Source: Eledone cirrhosa
Lineage: Eukaryota
Length of the DNA stretch: 64,000 nt
Assembly (NCBI GenBank): GCA_964016885.1
Contig: OZ024755.1
Coordinates: 22,692,001 to 22,756,000 of the forward strand
Direction of reading: 5' to 3'
In this document: piece by piece, positions 27,481 through 40,063 of the stretch
Layout of the letters: each line of letters begins with the position of its first letter
How positions within the stretch are numbered: position 1 is the first letter of the stretch
Notes under the pieces: generated by a model
The model's database searches: none
What the model saw: the letters and a program-made list of their open reading frames with translations, nothing else
Told to the model about the DNA's origin: nothing
Position numbers and translations under genes: made by a program

Positions 27481-27799
27481 TATGGTCCCATAACTCCTGA
27501 GTCATAGGGGCGCTGTATTGACATATGGTGTTTCTTTGGCATTTTAAGCCTGGAGGAGCCAATCCCTCTCCAGGCCTGAATAGGAAGAATCGACCCCAGA
27601 ACTAGACTGGTATTTTTTTTGTATTGACCTCGAAAGGATGAAAGGCAAAATTGACCTCGGCAGGATTTGAACTCAGCGAGCCAGAACAAATATCATACAG
27701 CATTCTATCCGACATTCTAACGACTCCGCCAATTTGCCGCCTTTATATATATATTTAAAATTTAGCTTCGGCATAGCTGTATACATACATGTATATAAT

Positions 27800-28192
27800 A
27801 ATAATAATAATAATGAAATTATTGTGTACAGTGCTCAGGTGCACTACAACTCATCAAAGGTGCATGTATAGTACATAGAATAATGTACAAATGTCAGGAA
27901 AATGAACAGTGTATGAGTCATGATATAATAACAATAACAATAATGAAATATTGTGTACAGTGCCCAGGTGCACCACAACTCATCAAAAAAGTGCATGTAC
28001 AGTACATAGGGCAATGCACAAACATCAGTAAAATGAACAGTGCACGAGTCATGATACACACATGTGTGCATGTGTATGGAAGGGGTACATCAGGTGTAGT
28101 TTTGGCGTATTTCGGGAAGCATGAGTGTCTTAAAGGATGCAGTGTCTCGGCAGCTAACAATTGACGCAGGCAGTTTGTTCCATGCTTCAGCA
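27800..28192 (-). mobile_element. CR1-like LINE 3' end with duplicated 3' UTR and (TTA)n tail
   Basis: AEAWNKLPASIVSCRDTASFKTLMLPEIRQNYT*. Confidence 0.75.
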
Positions 28193-29583
28193 TGAGTTGA
28201 GTAAATAAACATTTCGAAAGCCCAGCTGTGAATTGAAAAGCTGATGGCCAGCGCCATCTAGTGGGTTCCAGCAGAAGCAGCGGAGGACAACTGTCTATGC
28301 ATTTCGAGCTTCCAGGTCTTGTCAGGATGGTGCTTCCCCTTGCTTTCTGCTGGAACTTGAAACAGGCAAAAATATATAGTATTTTCGTCTATGTAGGTGT
28401 GTTGATTAGCCTCATTTGCATATGAAGCTGAATAAGTTGGTTCAACATAAAAGTAGAATTAAAATTTATCTTCGACAATACTGTATACATACATACATGT
28501 GAATTTCGTATATCTAAAGATATATGGTACATTTAGTAAATAAACATTTTGAAAACCCAGCTCTATTTTTAAAAAAAAGGCAAACCGAGAGATACAAACA
28601 ATTAATGTTATTAGGCACACTGTATCCTTGGGTGTTGTAAAAGGCAACTAAAAGAGTTGGCACCAAGAAAGACATCTGATTATAAAACATTGCTTCAAAA
28701 AGGATCCTGTGATGAGCACAAAGCTTTTCTTCAAAGTTAATCTCTGGCCTTAACATATTTGCATACAGCATTCAGTATATAACCATTTAACTTAATTAGA
28801 CATATTAGATAATGCAGTCTTAAGCAAACTATTCCTTGAGTGTCTTTCACCATATATCTACTCAATCAGGTGTGAAAGATAGCTGTTAGCCCTCTATCAG
28901 ATTCAACAAGGCATGCCAGTTGTTTAAATCAACGGGACAGCCTACTCACGAAGTCAGATATATCCTTAATGTAGTCATTTCTCAAGGAAATTTAGCATGA
29001 AACTGTGACAAGGTTGGCCTTTTCTAAATTACAGGCGCAACATATTTTGCCAACTGGGTGGACTGGACTAACATGAAACAAAGTGTCTTGCATAAGAATA
29101 ACAAGCTGCCAGAAACCAAACTCACAATCTTACAATTGTAAGCTAAACTCGCTAACTACTAAGCCATGTGTTTTCACACTGTAAAGTGGTCCTGTAGGTG
29201 TCACGATAAAAAGCACCCAGTGCACTCCATAAAGTGGTCCTGTGTCACGATAAAAAGCACCCAGTCCACTCCATAAAGTGGTCCTGTAGGTGTCATGACA
29301 AAAAGCACCCAGTCCACGCTGAAAAGTGGTCGCGTAGGCAACACAGCAAAAAGCACACAGTCCACACTGTAAATGTGGTTGGCATCAAGAAGGGCATCCA
29401 GCCATAGAAACCAAGCTAAAGTCAGTTCTGTGTGAGCAAATCACGGTCTCCTGACCTGATCCCTCACAAAGGGACATCTCGTCCTACCCATGCTAGCATG
29501 GAAGATGGATGTTAAACGATGATGATGTACAAGCAACTGACTACATTTGGAATGAAGGAGAAAGAAGATGAACAACATCCTAC

Positions 29584-29729
29584 CTGTTGTGAAGATCAGG
29601 GTAAGATCCAAGCTGTACCTGTTGAAATTTGGCATCAACATCATTGAGAATGTTTGTGATAGCTACCTCCTCAGCTGCAACATATATCTCTTTGGTGTGC
29701 ATCTGAGCATCAGGATTCATAAACAGGTG
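29584..29729 (-). CDS. FLAD1: FAD synthase exon (linker, LGSYP motif)
   Basis: cttcag|CAC...AAC AG|gtagg; HLFMNPDAQMHTKEIYVAAEEVAITNILNDVDAKFQQVQLGSYPDLHN. Confidence 0.95.
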
Positions 29730-29918
29730 CTGAAGGTTGCAGACATACAATTAGTTAAACTAGTGTATATGTGTGTGTGTAAATATATGTTTGGTGTGTT
29801 TGTGTATGTGTGTGTATGTGTAAGTGTGTATGTGTGCAATGACCAGTAAGCTACTTCTTTGAAGGATCGCGAAGCAAACTTCTTAAGAATTCAGCTAGCA
29901 ACAAAAAATCAAACTTAC

Positions 29919-30059
29919 CTTGAGACTGAAAAAAGCTCTTTCAAGGAGAAATGGTATTCCAGGAAACATATATACATTATTGACACAGACTAAGGGGTAT
30001 CTACTTTTTTCCTTTGTTTTCGGATGGGTACCAAATTCAAGGTTAGCTGATTTGGGTAT
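29919..30059 (-). CDS. FLAD1: FAD synthase exon (NVYxFPGIP motif)
   Basis: ttccaag|ATA CCC...CTC AAG|gtaag; IPKSANLEFGTHPKTKEKSRYPLVCVNNVYMFPGIPFLLERAFFSLK. Confidence 0.96.
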
Positions 30060-30094
30060 CTTGGAATGGTAAAATTAAAAAAGAAAGAATTTCA

Positions 30095-30445
30095 ATTTTG
30101 GATTTTTGGAAAGGTAAGGTTAAAAAATAAAGAAATTATTTCAATTTGGGTATCTTGGAAAGGTAATGTTAAAAAGTAAGCATTTACTTCAAATTGGGTA
30201 TCTTGGAAAGGTAAAAAGTAAGGATTTACTTCAAATTGGGTATCTTGGAAATGTAAAGTTAAAAAGTAAGAATTTACTTCAATTTGGGTATCTTGAAAAG
30301 GTAAAAAGTAAAGATTTACTTCAAATTGGGTATCTTGGAAATGTAAAGTTAAAAAGTAAGAATTTACTTCAATTTGGGTATCTTGGAAAGGTAAAAAGTA
30401 AGGATTTACTTCAAATTGGGTATCTTGGAAAGGTAATGTTAAAAT
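30095..30445. repeat. 42/48-bp alternating minisatellite built from the FLAD1 acceptor
   Basis: gggtatcttg core at 30148, 30196, 30238, 30286, 30328, 30376, 30418. Confidence 0.95.
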
Positions 30446-30754
30446 AGAGAGAATTTCAATTTCCAAAAATCGCAAAAACAATATCAATTTTCTAACACTT
30501 TATATTTATATTTTTTTCTGATTTTTTCTACTTCTAAATTACAGTTATTGTATAACTGAAGATTACAAAATGTACATATTTACAAACAAATCATGTTTAG
30601 ATTAAAAGAACAGAGAATATCATCATCGTTGCTTTCCTCTGTGGGAAAAAGTTGAATGGGTCATCACAAACCAAACCAACACTTAATCAGAGCTAGTAAC
30701 CTCTCAGATACGCACATAAATATATATAAATACACACACACACATATATAGATA

Positions 30755-30831
30755 CAGGGTGTCCCCCATAAATGTATACACACTTTGATTATCTGCTGTT
30801 GAAATATGTATACATTTTTGGGGACACCCTA
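30755..30831. mobile_element. very small Tc1/mariner MITE; a relative lies at 63791-63887
   Basis: TA|cagggtgtcccc...ggggacaccct. Confidence 0.75.
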
Positions 30832-31117
30832 TATATATATATATAACAAAGGAAATGTGGTAAGGAACCAGATGGACCATAATGCACCAGAGTACTCAAT
30901 ACTTAGGGTAGTAGAGTGGGAAATAGGAAAATGTATGACCCCGACGGCAGAGCTCAAGCCGTTTCGACGGCTATTTCTGGAAATAGCCATCGAAACGGCT
31001 TGAGCTCTGCTGTCGGGGTCATACTTTTCCCATATATATATCCTGATGTCCTCCAAAAGTAATGGTTGCATTTTGAAAGGGTACGTCGATGCTTATTTGT
31101 AAAACTGATATATATTG

Positions 31118-31182
31118 TATTTTGTCTGATGAAAGCATACCATAATTTAACTTGGTATCCTTGAAATATGTATAATGAAATA
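31118..31182 (+). ncRNA. hammerhead motif, family A
   Basis: tattttgt CTGATGA aagcatacca...tggtatcctt GAAA tatgta TA atgaaata. Confidence 0.75.
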
Positions 31183-31221
31183 AATATGGTTTTATAAATA
31201 TAGTTTCCATTTGTTAATATC

Positions 31222-31257
<36 letters not shown>

Positions 31258-32282
31258 ACACACACACATAATCATCACCAGCTACTGTTTTTTTCTATGC
31301 ATGTATTAGATGGGTTGTCATGTAATCAGGTCAGACAGATATAGGTGACCACGTCTTTATATGCTCCATTTTTGGCTTGGTTTTCTATGACTGGATACCC
31401 TTCTAAAGTTATTCACCTTACAGGGTCAACTGGGTGCTTTTATTGTGGCACCTGTACAAATCCTTTTTCTGTGGCACCAATATAATTCTATAGTATGAGT
31501 AGTAGATATAGTTGTATGTGTATGTAATAGTAAGCTGTCTACTACATATATCAATGAAACCAGACCTCTGCATTAAGAGACTTTTGTGTTACTTGAGGCT
31601 ACTGTAGCCAGTGCCATGATAAAAAGCACCTAGACATTTCTGTAAAGACATTGTACCAGTACCATGATAGAATGCACCCAGCCCATTCTGTATAATGGTA
31701 GTTCTTGTGCATTTCCAGATTTACTATTGTGTTTAGGTGTGCTTAAGCAGAGGGCCCCATTAATCAGGAAAAGGGGGAGGGGTCTTCCTGCCAACAAAAG
31801 TTTTTACCTCTTTCAGGGCCCAAATAAGGGGCCTCATAACTAGCACATGGTCTCATTTGTTCTAAATACAGCACTTTTCTTGTGTCATGATAAAATGCAC
31901 CCAGTACACTCTGTAAAATGGTAGTGTTGGTGTCATGTTAAAAAACAACCAGTATATACTTTAAAGTGGTTGGCATTAAAAAGGACATCCATGCTAAACT
32001 GGAACATATGAGCAGGACATGATCATCCAAACTGTCTATTCTCAGAATGTAACCACCCATCCAATCCATGCCAGTTTGGAAAACAGGTGTAAAACAGTCA
32101 TGATGATGATAATACATCATCAGAGTGCCTGACTTGGCTATCCATTCCAATACACATTATCATATACATACATTCCCGTATGAGCAAGACAAGGTCAGCC
32201 GACCGGACACTGCCCACAACAGGACAACCTGTCTAACCCAGGCTAGCGTGGAAGAACGGAGGTAAAACGGTGATGATGATGA

Positions 32283-32590
32283 TTAGATGCTACCATACAT
32301 AATTCCGATACACATTAGATGCTACCATATACCATTCCAATACATATTAGATGCTACCATACACATTAGATGCTACCATACACCATTCCAATACACATTA
32401 GATGCTACCATACACCATTCCAATACACATTAGATGCTACCATACACCATTCCAATACACATTAGATGCTACCATACACCATTCCAATACATATTAGATG
32501 CTACCATACACCATTCCAATACACATTAGATGCTACCATACACATTAGATGCTACCATACACCATTCCAATACACATTAGATGCTACCAT
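32283..32590. repeat. 32-bp tandem repeat, about 10 units, some shortened
   Basis: attagatgctaccatacaccattccaatacac; its nearest edge is ~25 bp from the donor at 32613. Confidence 0.95.
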
Positions 32591-32613
32591 AGCTCTAACA
32601 TTTCATATCTTAC

Positions 32614-32726
32614 CCTGGCCAATTTAAAGTGAGGTGAGGAAAGATCATTGACTTTGAAGTATTCTTTAATAAACTCTGCAATTATTGGATTTAAAACTGT
32701 TTGTTCATTGAAAGCACTTGCTACAG
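32614..32726 (-). CDS. FLAD1: FAD synthase exon
   Basis: cttcag|CT GTA...GCC AGG|gtaag; (A)VASAFNEQTVLNPIIAEFIKEYFKVNDLSSPHFKLAR; phases 1 to 0 fit both neighbours. Confidence 0.92.
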
Positions 32727-32859
32727 CTGAAGTAAAATATAGAAAAAAAAAAAACAATGAAATGTTTGTTTGGTATTGTTTTGTTTGTTTTTTTATTTTG
32801 TTTTTTACTTATATGGCGACATGTTGATCATTTTTTAAACACAAGATAAATCAACTAAT

Positions 32860-33430
32860 GATAGTATTGCTAGTGCAACAATGAAATAAATCCAGCCCAC
32901 CCTGTATGGTGGTAGTATTGCTGGTGCCATAATAAAAAATAAAAAAAAACACCCCCAGTCCACTCTGTAAGGTGGTATTTCTGGGGCCACAATAAAAAAA
33001 CACCCAGTCCACTCTGTAAGGCGATAGTGCTGGTGCCACAATAAAAAAAAAAAAACACCCAGTCCACTCTGTAAAGTGGTAGGTAGTGCTGGTGCCACAA
33101 TAAAAAAACACCCAGTCCACTCTGTAAGGTGATAGTGCTGGTGCCACAATAAAAAGAACACCCAGTCTACTCTGTAAGGTGGTAGTGCTAGTGCCACAAT
33201 AAAATATTTCCAGCCGACCCTGTAAAGTGGAAGTGCAACAATAAAAATAATACCCAAACTATGCTGTAAGATAATAGTGCTGGTACCAAGATAAAAAAAC
33301 TAATACCCAGTCTACCTTGTAAGGTGATAGTGATAGTGCCAAGATACACCCAGTCCATTCACTAAGGTGATAGTGCTGGTACCAAGATAAAAAAAAAAAA
33401 CATCCAGTCCACTCTGTAAAGTGCACCTAG
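32860..33430. repeat. degenerate ~55-60 bp minisatellite derived from a SINE-tail motif
   Basis: gtgctggtgccacaataaaaaaacacccagtccactctgtaagg, about 10 copies. Confidence 0.9.
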
Positions 33431-34194
33431 TAGATGCTGTAAAGTGTCAGCGTTAGGGAAAGCATGTTCATGTGACTAGTCTAGCCATAGAATATGACAA
33501 CCTTTCAAACCCATGCAAGCATGGAAAATAGATATTAAATGGTGATAACGATGATAAGGATTACTAATAGAAAAATAGTAATAATGAAAACAACGATAAG
33601 GAAAAAAAAAACAATGTTAATATCTAGTACAGAGGTTAAACTGTGTGTCATGATATTTTACTGTGTGGTCAATAATCTCTAAGTGTGTCACAATAATTCA
33701 GTAAAGAGCTTTCCAGACTTTTCACATTAGTGACATCATCAGCATTATCATCATCATCATTTTACACCCATTTTCCATGCTGGCATGGGTTGTCATGATC
33801 TGAGACCAGACGTAGTGAAGCACCCTCATCTTGGTCAGACTCTTCATATTTGGCATGCTTTCTATGGCTGGATGTCCTTCCTAATGCCAACCACCTTACA
33901 GAGTGTACTGGCCACACTATTACCTCTTTAGAGAGAGTTAAAAATAGTTGAAGTCTGTCCCAAACCAGCAGGATCATTAGATTAGTGCTTATCCCTGGTT
34001 TCATTTTTTATTGGTGTTAGTGATTGATAGTACAAGACTCTCCCCTTGGACAGGACATCAGTCCATCGCAGGATTAACTATTATCTGTTGCAGTTGGTAC
34101 ATAATTTAAGCAGAGTATACTGGAGCAACATGAAATGAAGTGTTTTGCTCAAGAACACTTATGTCACTTGGTCCAGGAATCAAACACACGTTCT

Positions 34195-34470
34195 TACAGA
34201 GTGTGCATTTTTTCATGGCACTAACACAATCACTTTACAGAGTGTGCTGAATGTATTTGTATGTTGCACCAACACTAACACTTTACAGAGTGTCCTAGAT
34301 ACATTTTATTGTGGAACCAACACTAACACTTTACAGAGTGTCCTAGATGCATTTTATTGTGGAACCAACACTAACACTTTACAGAGTATACTAGGTGAAT
34401 TTTATTGTGGAACCAACACTAACACTTTACAGAGTATACTAGGTGCATTTTATCATGGCACCAGCACTGA
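34195..34470. repeat. 48-bp minisatellite, same motif in reverse orientation
   Basis: cactttacagagtgtcctagatgcattttattgtggaaccaacactaa, about 5-6 copies. Confidence 0.9.
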
Positions 34471-35125
34471 CATATTAATAAAATTTTGTTAGAAAAGCCA
34501 AATATTTAAATGCAAAATGTATATCAACAGAAAAAATCATATGATATCCCAGTTGTGAAATCTTAAATATATTTCATGGTCAAACATTTATATAAATGGA
34601 TCAGATGTGACAATTTTGGGATACACCTAAAAATTATCAGTGACACTTTAAACCAGAGATCTCAAACCCAAGGTCCCAAAAGAGCTATTACGTCCTCGAG
34701 GAAGAGGCACAACGAGCCAAAAGTTAGATTAGGTGGTGGCGTGATTTCCAACAGTTATAATGCTAATCTGCAATACAGATGTTAAGCTGCTGTTTTTTCA
34801 TTTTTGCTTTTTTCATCAAAATGAATAGGCATATCATAGTAATACAGAGTGATTTGAAGAACATCTGACTGCTATTTCTCGCAGGGTGAGCTACCACATG
34901 GAGCAGTGAGTAAAATTTAATTTTTAAAATAATCCTGTCACAGGAGTGTCATTTATATGAATACATGTATTTTAGTTTTTGATGACTTTATAAACAAGAT
35001 TTTAACATAATATGGCAAAGATATTTCTTTAATCCATTGCTTGTCATAGCTGACATGATTGTTATTGGTTGACTATCACAAACATAAAGGCTGCCATGCT
35101 GGCTCATAGAGAACTTAGTGCTTAC

Positions 35126-35249
35126 CTTCGAACGTAATATCGTCATGTGTTGGCCCTACACCTCCTGATGTGATGACATATGTATAACGACTAGAAAATT
35201 CCTTCACTTCATCAGCAATTGCCTTCATACGATCACCAATAACTGAAAT
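35126..35249 (-). CDS. FLAD1: FAD synthase exon (MPTb GGxGPTHDD motif)
   Basis: tttcag|ATT...GAA G|gtaag; ISVIGDRMKAIADEVKEFSSRYTYVITSGGVGPTHDDITFE. Confidence 0.97.
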
Positions 35250-35318
35250 CTGAAATATAAACAAACATCAGCTAAAATTTTGTCATTTTTGCAAGTGTAT
35301 ATATACATACATCATATA

Positions 35319-36524
35319 CAGGGTTGCTCAGTTTTTTTAGGACATTTGCATGAATTTATTAAAAGGTGCATGTGTCATGAAAGAGGAGCTTTATTTGAGA
35401 AAAAATTTGCATGAAAAATTTTGAAATGCTTCTTGACTTATCTGGTCAATGAATCCGACATTAGCATCGATGACTGCTTCAATACGAGGTCTGAAATGTT
35501 GACATGCCCAAATTTGGTGATCTGTATCTATTTTGGACATTGTATTAGCTATGGTGGACTTCAGAGATTTTAGTGTTATGGGAGCATTGATTGACTTTCC
35601 TCACAGCTATGCGCCATACACAGTTGTCCAACAGATTTATGACTGGAGGACTGGAGAGCTAGGAGGAAGGCCATATGTTTCGGGTAATATGATAGTGGGA
35701 GATTGTTACTCATCCATTCTTTGGTCATCTTGGCCTTATAAGACAGCACAGTCTTGTTGGTAAGTGTGCAGTCTTTTTTTGCTCATGCTCTCTATCCAAG
35801 GTGTTGCAACTCTCTCCAACACCTTATAGTCAGCAGCATTAATACATAAACCCTGAGGAAAGAAGTGAAGAGGCATATCATCTCCCTTGTTGCACATGAC
35901 TCCAAGAACCATCACAGTTGTGTGCATGACTTTTGGAACGTCTTTAGGGTTTCTGTGTAATCATTTGTCTATCATTCGGTTGACCTTTTGGTCCTGATCA
36001 ATGTCTTTCTCATCAGAGAAAACCAAAGCATTCCAGACTCTTGATGTTTGTTGCTCAACAAGTGCTTTGCACAGATCAGATGGCTATCTTTTATCTTTGC
36101 AGACACGAATTGGTCTCTCCACATCACATATGATTTGTATCAAAGATCCTCATGCATAATTCATTTGATAGCGTGTCTTGAAACCTTGAGCTCCTTAGCA
36201 ATGATGCTCATTTACTTTCTGGGTTTTTTAGCAGCAATATTTTGCACCTTTCATGGTATTAGGAAGTGCTTTACATTTGGCTATTACTGTAGAATTCACC
36301 TCAGCAGCTTCCAGCTCTTTTACAAATGACCATGCAACTTTCAGGAAGCAAGCATTCTCTAAATCACTATTCTCTGCCATTAAGGCAACAATTACAGCAT
36401 TACTTTTTATTTGCTGAGTTAGCTTCGTGTCTGTCGTCAATTATCTGAAAAGAAATGATAAGAACAAGTTTGAAAAAAGTCAGAGCTATTAAAAGATGTG
36501 ACCTCAAAAAACTGACCAACCCTC
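35319..36524 (-). mobile_element. decayed Tc1/mariner-superfamily transposon
   Basis: TA-flanked TIRs cagggttgctcagttttt / aaaaactgaccaaccctc; remnants VMVLGVM..KGDDMPLHFFPQGL.INA..Y, YQQD.A, and a WPxxSPxxNxLD-like motif. Confidence 0.85.
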
Positions 36525-36630
36525 TATATAAATACAATATATATATATTATATACATTTATATATGCTTTCAGATAAATCACTATTATGCTTAAACACTG
36601 TCTTAGTGCTACTGCCAATTAAATATATAC

Positions 36631-36675
<45 letters not shown>

Positions 36676-36714
36676 TACATGAGTGTGTATGATTGTGTAT
36701 AGAAATAGAAGATT

Positions 36715-37087
36715 ATATTAATAAGAGGAATTCCAACTTTGTCTGATTTACTCGTTTTATTTACAATCCTTTAAAATTTATAATGGTATTATAAGGAAAT
36801 AGTATGATAGAATATTAAATTCTAAGTGTTAATTGAACAAGTACTTTCATGCTTTCGCAATCTTCAGGTTCATAATATGTGGTGACAGTCACAGTCGAAA
36901 ATTGCAAACTTGACTGTCACCACACATTATGAACCTGAAGATTGCGAAAGCATGAAAGTACTTGTTCAATTAACACTTAGAATTTAATATTCTATCATAC
37001 TATTTCATTATAATACCATTATAAATTTTAAAGGATTGGAAATAAAACGAGTAAATCAGACAAAGTTGGAATTCCTCTTATTAATAT
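36715..37087. repeat. 177-bp inverted repeat with 19-bp spacer; each arm carries a hammerhead motif
   Basis: arms 36715-36891 and 36911-37087 are near-perfect reverse complements. Confidence 0.95.
36930..36968 (+). ncRNA. minimal hammerhead motif; mirror copy at 36834-36872 on -
   Basis: tgaac CTGAAGA t tgc(gaaa)gca t GAAA gtac TT gttca; palindromic stem III AGTACT. Confidence 0.85.
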
Positions 37088-37404
37088 TAATATATATATA
37101 TATATATATATATACAATAAGGATAATTGCAATGGTCCAATGTAGATGTTCAAAATTCATTTATTGATACCTATTTCATGGAGTTCATAGCTATGTGATG
37201 CTTCAATCACATGACCAGTAAAGCATCAGGCATCATCTTAGACAATAAGATTATGTTGCCAATGCAAGGGAATAAACTTCTTCATCCATTCCCTTATCTT
37301 TAACTTTTATTGCATTGGCAACATAACATTGGTCTTCATCAGTCTTTTTCTAGGTCCTATTCATATGTCTCTTTATGACTTAGTATTTATCATTATTGCC
37401 ATCT

Positions 37405-37770
37405 CAATTGTTTTAACACCCCCGTCCCACCACCACCACCACCACCCCATCCACTCCACCCCCTTCTATGTAAAGTTATGTTGGTGTCACACCATCCAGG
37501 CCGAAACAAATGAGATCGTGTAGGTGTCACGACAAAAAAAACACACAGTCCACGCTGTAATGTGGCCGTGTAGGCAACACGGTAAAAACCTCCCAGACCC
37601 ACACTGTAAATGTGGTTGGTGTTGGGAAGGGCATCCAGCTGTAGAAAACCTGCCAGACAGTCCTATGCGAGCAAGACAATCACTCTTGCTTCAAGTGGGA
37701 AAACCCCCGTCCAAACCCATGCAAGCGTGGAACACGGACGTTAAACGTTGATGATGATGATGATGATGAT
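37405..37770 (+). mobile_element. RTE 3' UTR/tail copy
   Basis: matches 63.2-63.55 kb; (GAT)n end. Confidence 0.85.
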
Positions 37771-38144
37771 TTATTCTTTTCCTTCCTTTATCTTTTCTTA
37801 CTTTCTGTTTTTTCTCCACTCTTGTCCTCTTTCCTTCACTTTCATCATTTTTGAGGTAGTGTTGGGAGAGTCTTCTTATCTCCTTTTATTATGAGTGGAG
37901 ATAGGTAAAGAAAAAAAAATAGTGAAGGAAAGGGAGAAAGAAAAACGAGGGGGGGGGGGGTGGAAGATAAGGGGGAAAAAATTGATGACACTGCTGATAA
38001 ATACTGATAAACAAGAATGGAACTTTTAAAAAAGCTAATGAGAACTGATGCTAAGAGGTCAAATGACAATGGAATTATTAGAGAACAGAAGTATACTATA
38101 ATGGAAATATGTGTGGTATGTGTGTGTGTGTGTATATACATATA

Positions 38145-39043
38145 CGAGGTGTGTCAGAAAAGTTCCAGGACTAATGTCACAAAAAATTTATTTCAAACCC
38201 AAACTTCATACTAAGAGTTTTCTCCTTCAAAGTAATCCCCCTGGAGTCTAATGCACTTTTCCATCCTTTTCTGCCACGCTTGCATGCACTTCTGGAAGGA
38301 TTCTTCCGGGATCCTCCGCAGTTCCGTCGTCACAGCCTTTTTGATGTTGTCCACGTCTTCAAAACGGGTCCCCTCCGGATCGTACTCTAAGATCCATGAC
38401 TCATCACTGGTGGTGATTGTCCCTAGCAAGTCTGGTTCAGTTTCAAGACGCTCGAGGATGTCCTGGCACACTTGCATGCGTCGACCCTTCTGGTCATCGT
38501 TCAGCAGTTTTGGCACCATCTTCGCGCAGACTTTCCGCATGTCCAAATCTTCAGTGAGAATCTTCCAGACGCTGTCGCGATTCATGCCCAGCTCATTTGC
38601 CATCATTCGAACAGTCAGCCGACGATCGCTACGCACCATCTGCCTGACGTGCTCAACGTTGACCTCAGTCCTGGTTGTTGAGGGCCTTCCGCTCCTGGGG
38701 TCATCTTCCACGTCCTCACGTCCTTCTTTAAACCTCTTGCACCACTCAAAAACACGTGAGTGTGACATCGTCTCATCTCCATATACTTGCTGCAGCGGAG
38801 TTTTCCCCAACCGTGCCAGAAACTTCAAGTTTGTTCGTTGCTCTGTGCTCATTGCTTGACGACCTGAAACAGAGGACATGTACATAAATTTATGAAGAAA
38901 AAAGTTTGATCGCTGCAGAGAGCTAAGATTACAGTTACATACTCCAGGGGGATTACTTTGAAGGAGCAAACTCTTAGTGTGAAGTTTGGGTTTGAAATAA
39001 ATCTATTGTGACATCAGTCCTGGAACTTTTCTGACACACCTTG
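38145..39043 (-). mobile_element. internally deleted mariner transposon
   Basis: TA TSD; TIR cgaggtgtgtcagaaaagttccaggact; ORF with HTH (VFEWCKRFKEGR..DDPRSGRP), AKMVPKLL and TSDESW..YDPE fused directly to GTRF...GDYFEG. Confidence 0.95.
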
Positions 39044-39085
39044 TATATATATAATATATTTATTTATGTTCATACGCAGAACAAA

Positions 39086-39171
39086 GGCGCTACCTAAGGT
39101 TTCAAGGCCCAAATTTGACTATACCTCCAGAAAACAAGAAGCTTCAAATTAGTGACCTTTCTTCAGGTGCC
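39086..39171 (-). ncRNA. hammerhead motif with long stem II, sense to FLAD1
   Basis: ggcac CTGAAGA aaggtc.ctaatttga...tcaaatttgggcctt GAAA cc(tta)gg TA gcgcc. Confidence 0.7.
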
Positions 39172-40063
39172 TATATGAGTTTATAAGATACCATTAAAAG
39201 TAAATTTTGCTAAGAACACTTGTTTACGAAATAAAACGCAATAAAACAAAGAGAAATAACTCCAAGATAACCATGTGATTGTGGTCATATAGTATAGCAG
39301 AAGTATTGTATTATGTATTGGTATGTAATATAGAGATGGTAATATTTATTAAAGTATGGAATAGAGTAGTATAGAAAGTGTATGGTATTACATAAGTGTT
39401 GAAAGAGAAAGAAAAAATATATTGGAAGTATATAAATCAAATTAAGGTGGTTGAAAATCAGTTGAATATTTCCACTTAGCAAATAGTAGTGACTTTTAAT
39501 GTTATCTTATGTTCCGTGTGGTACAGGATGTTAAGAGTTCATGTGAAGTTTTTATTTTTATTTTATTTTTTTTTTACTTTGTATAGGCTAAAATAGTCCT
39601 TCCACGATGTAATAACACCAGTTCCAATACATGATCCCAGATCAAGTTTCTTGCCTAACAAATATGGTATGGCATGGTCCCGTAACTCCCGGGGGAGTTG
39701 AAGGGGCGCTGTATTGACATACAGCGTTTCTTTGGCATTTAAAGCCTGGAGCCTGGTGGATCCCATCCCTCTCCAAGCCTGAGCACACCAGATTTCTTCA
39801 CGAGAAAGACAGAAAGCGAGAAAGAGGAAATGAGAAATAGATATAGAAGAAAAATCCAACCCAGTACTAGACTGGTACTTATCGACCGTGAAAGGATGAC
39901 AGGCAAAGTTGACCTTTGCAGGATTTGAACTCAGAGAGTAGAGAACGAAAACGAATACCATAAAGCATCATATCCAACATTCTAATGACTGCCAATTCAC
40001 CACCTATACCAAACAAATATACAACTGGGTAAAGTGAATATGATGAAAGAATATGAAACATAC

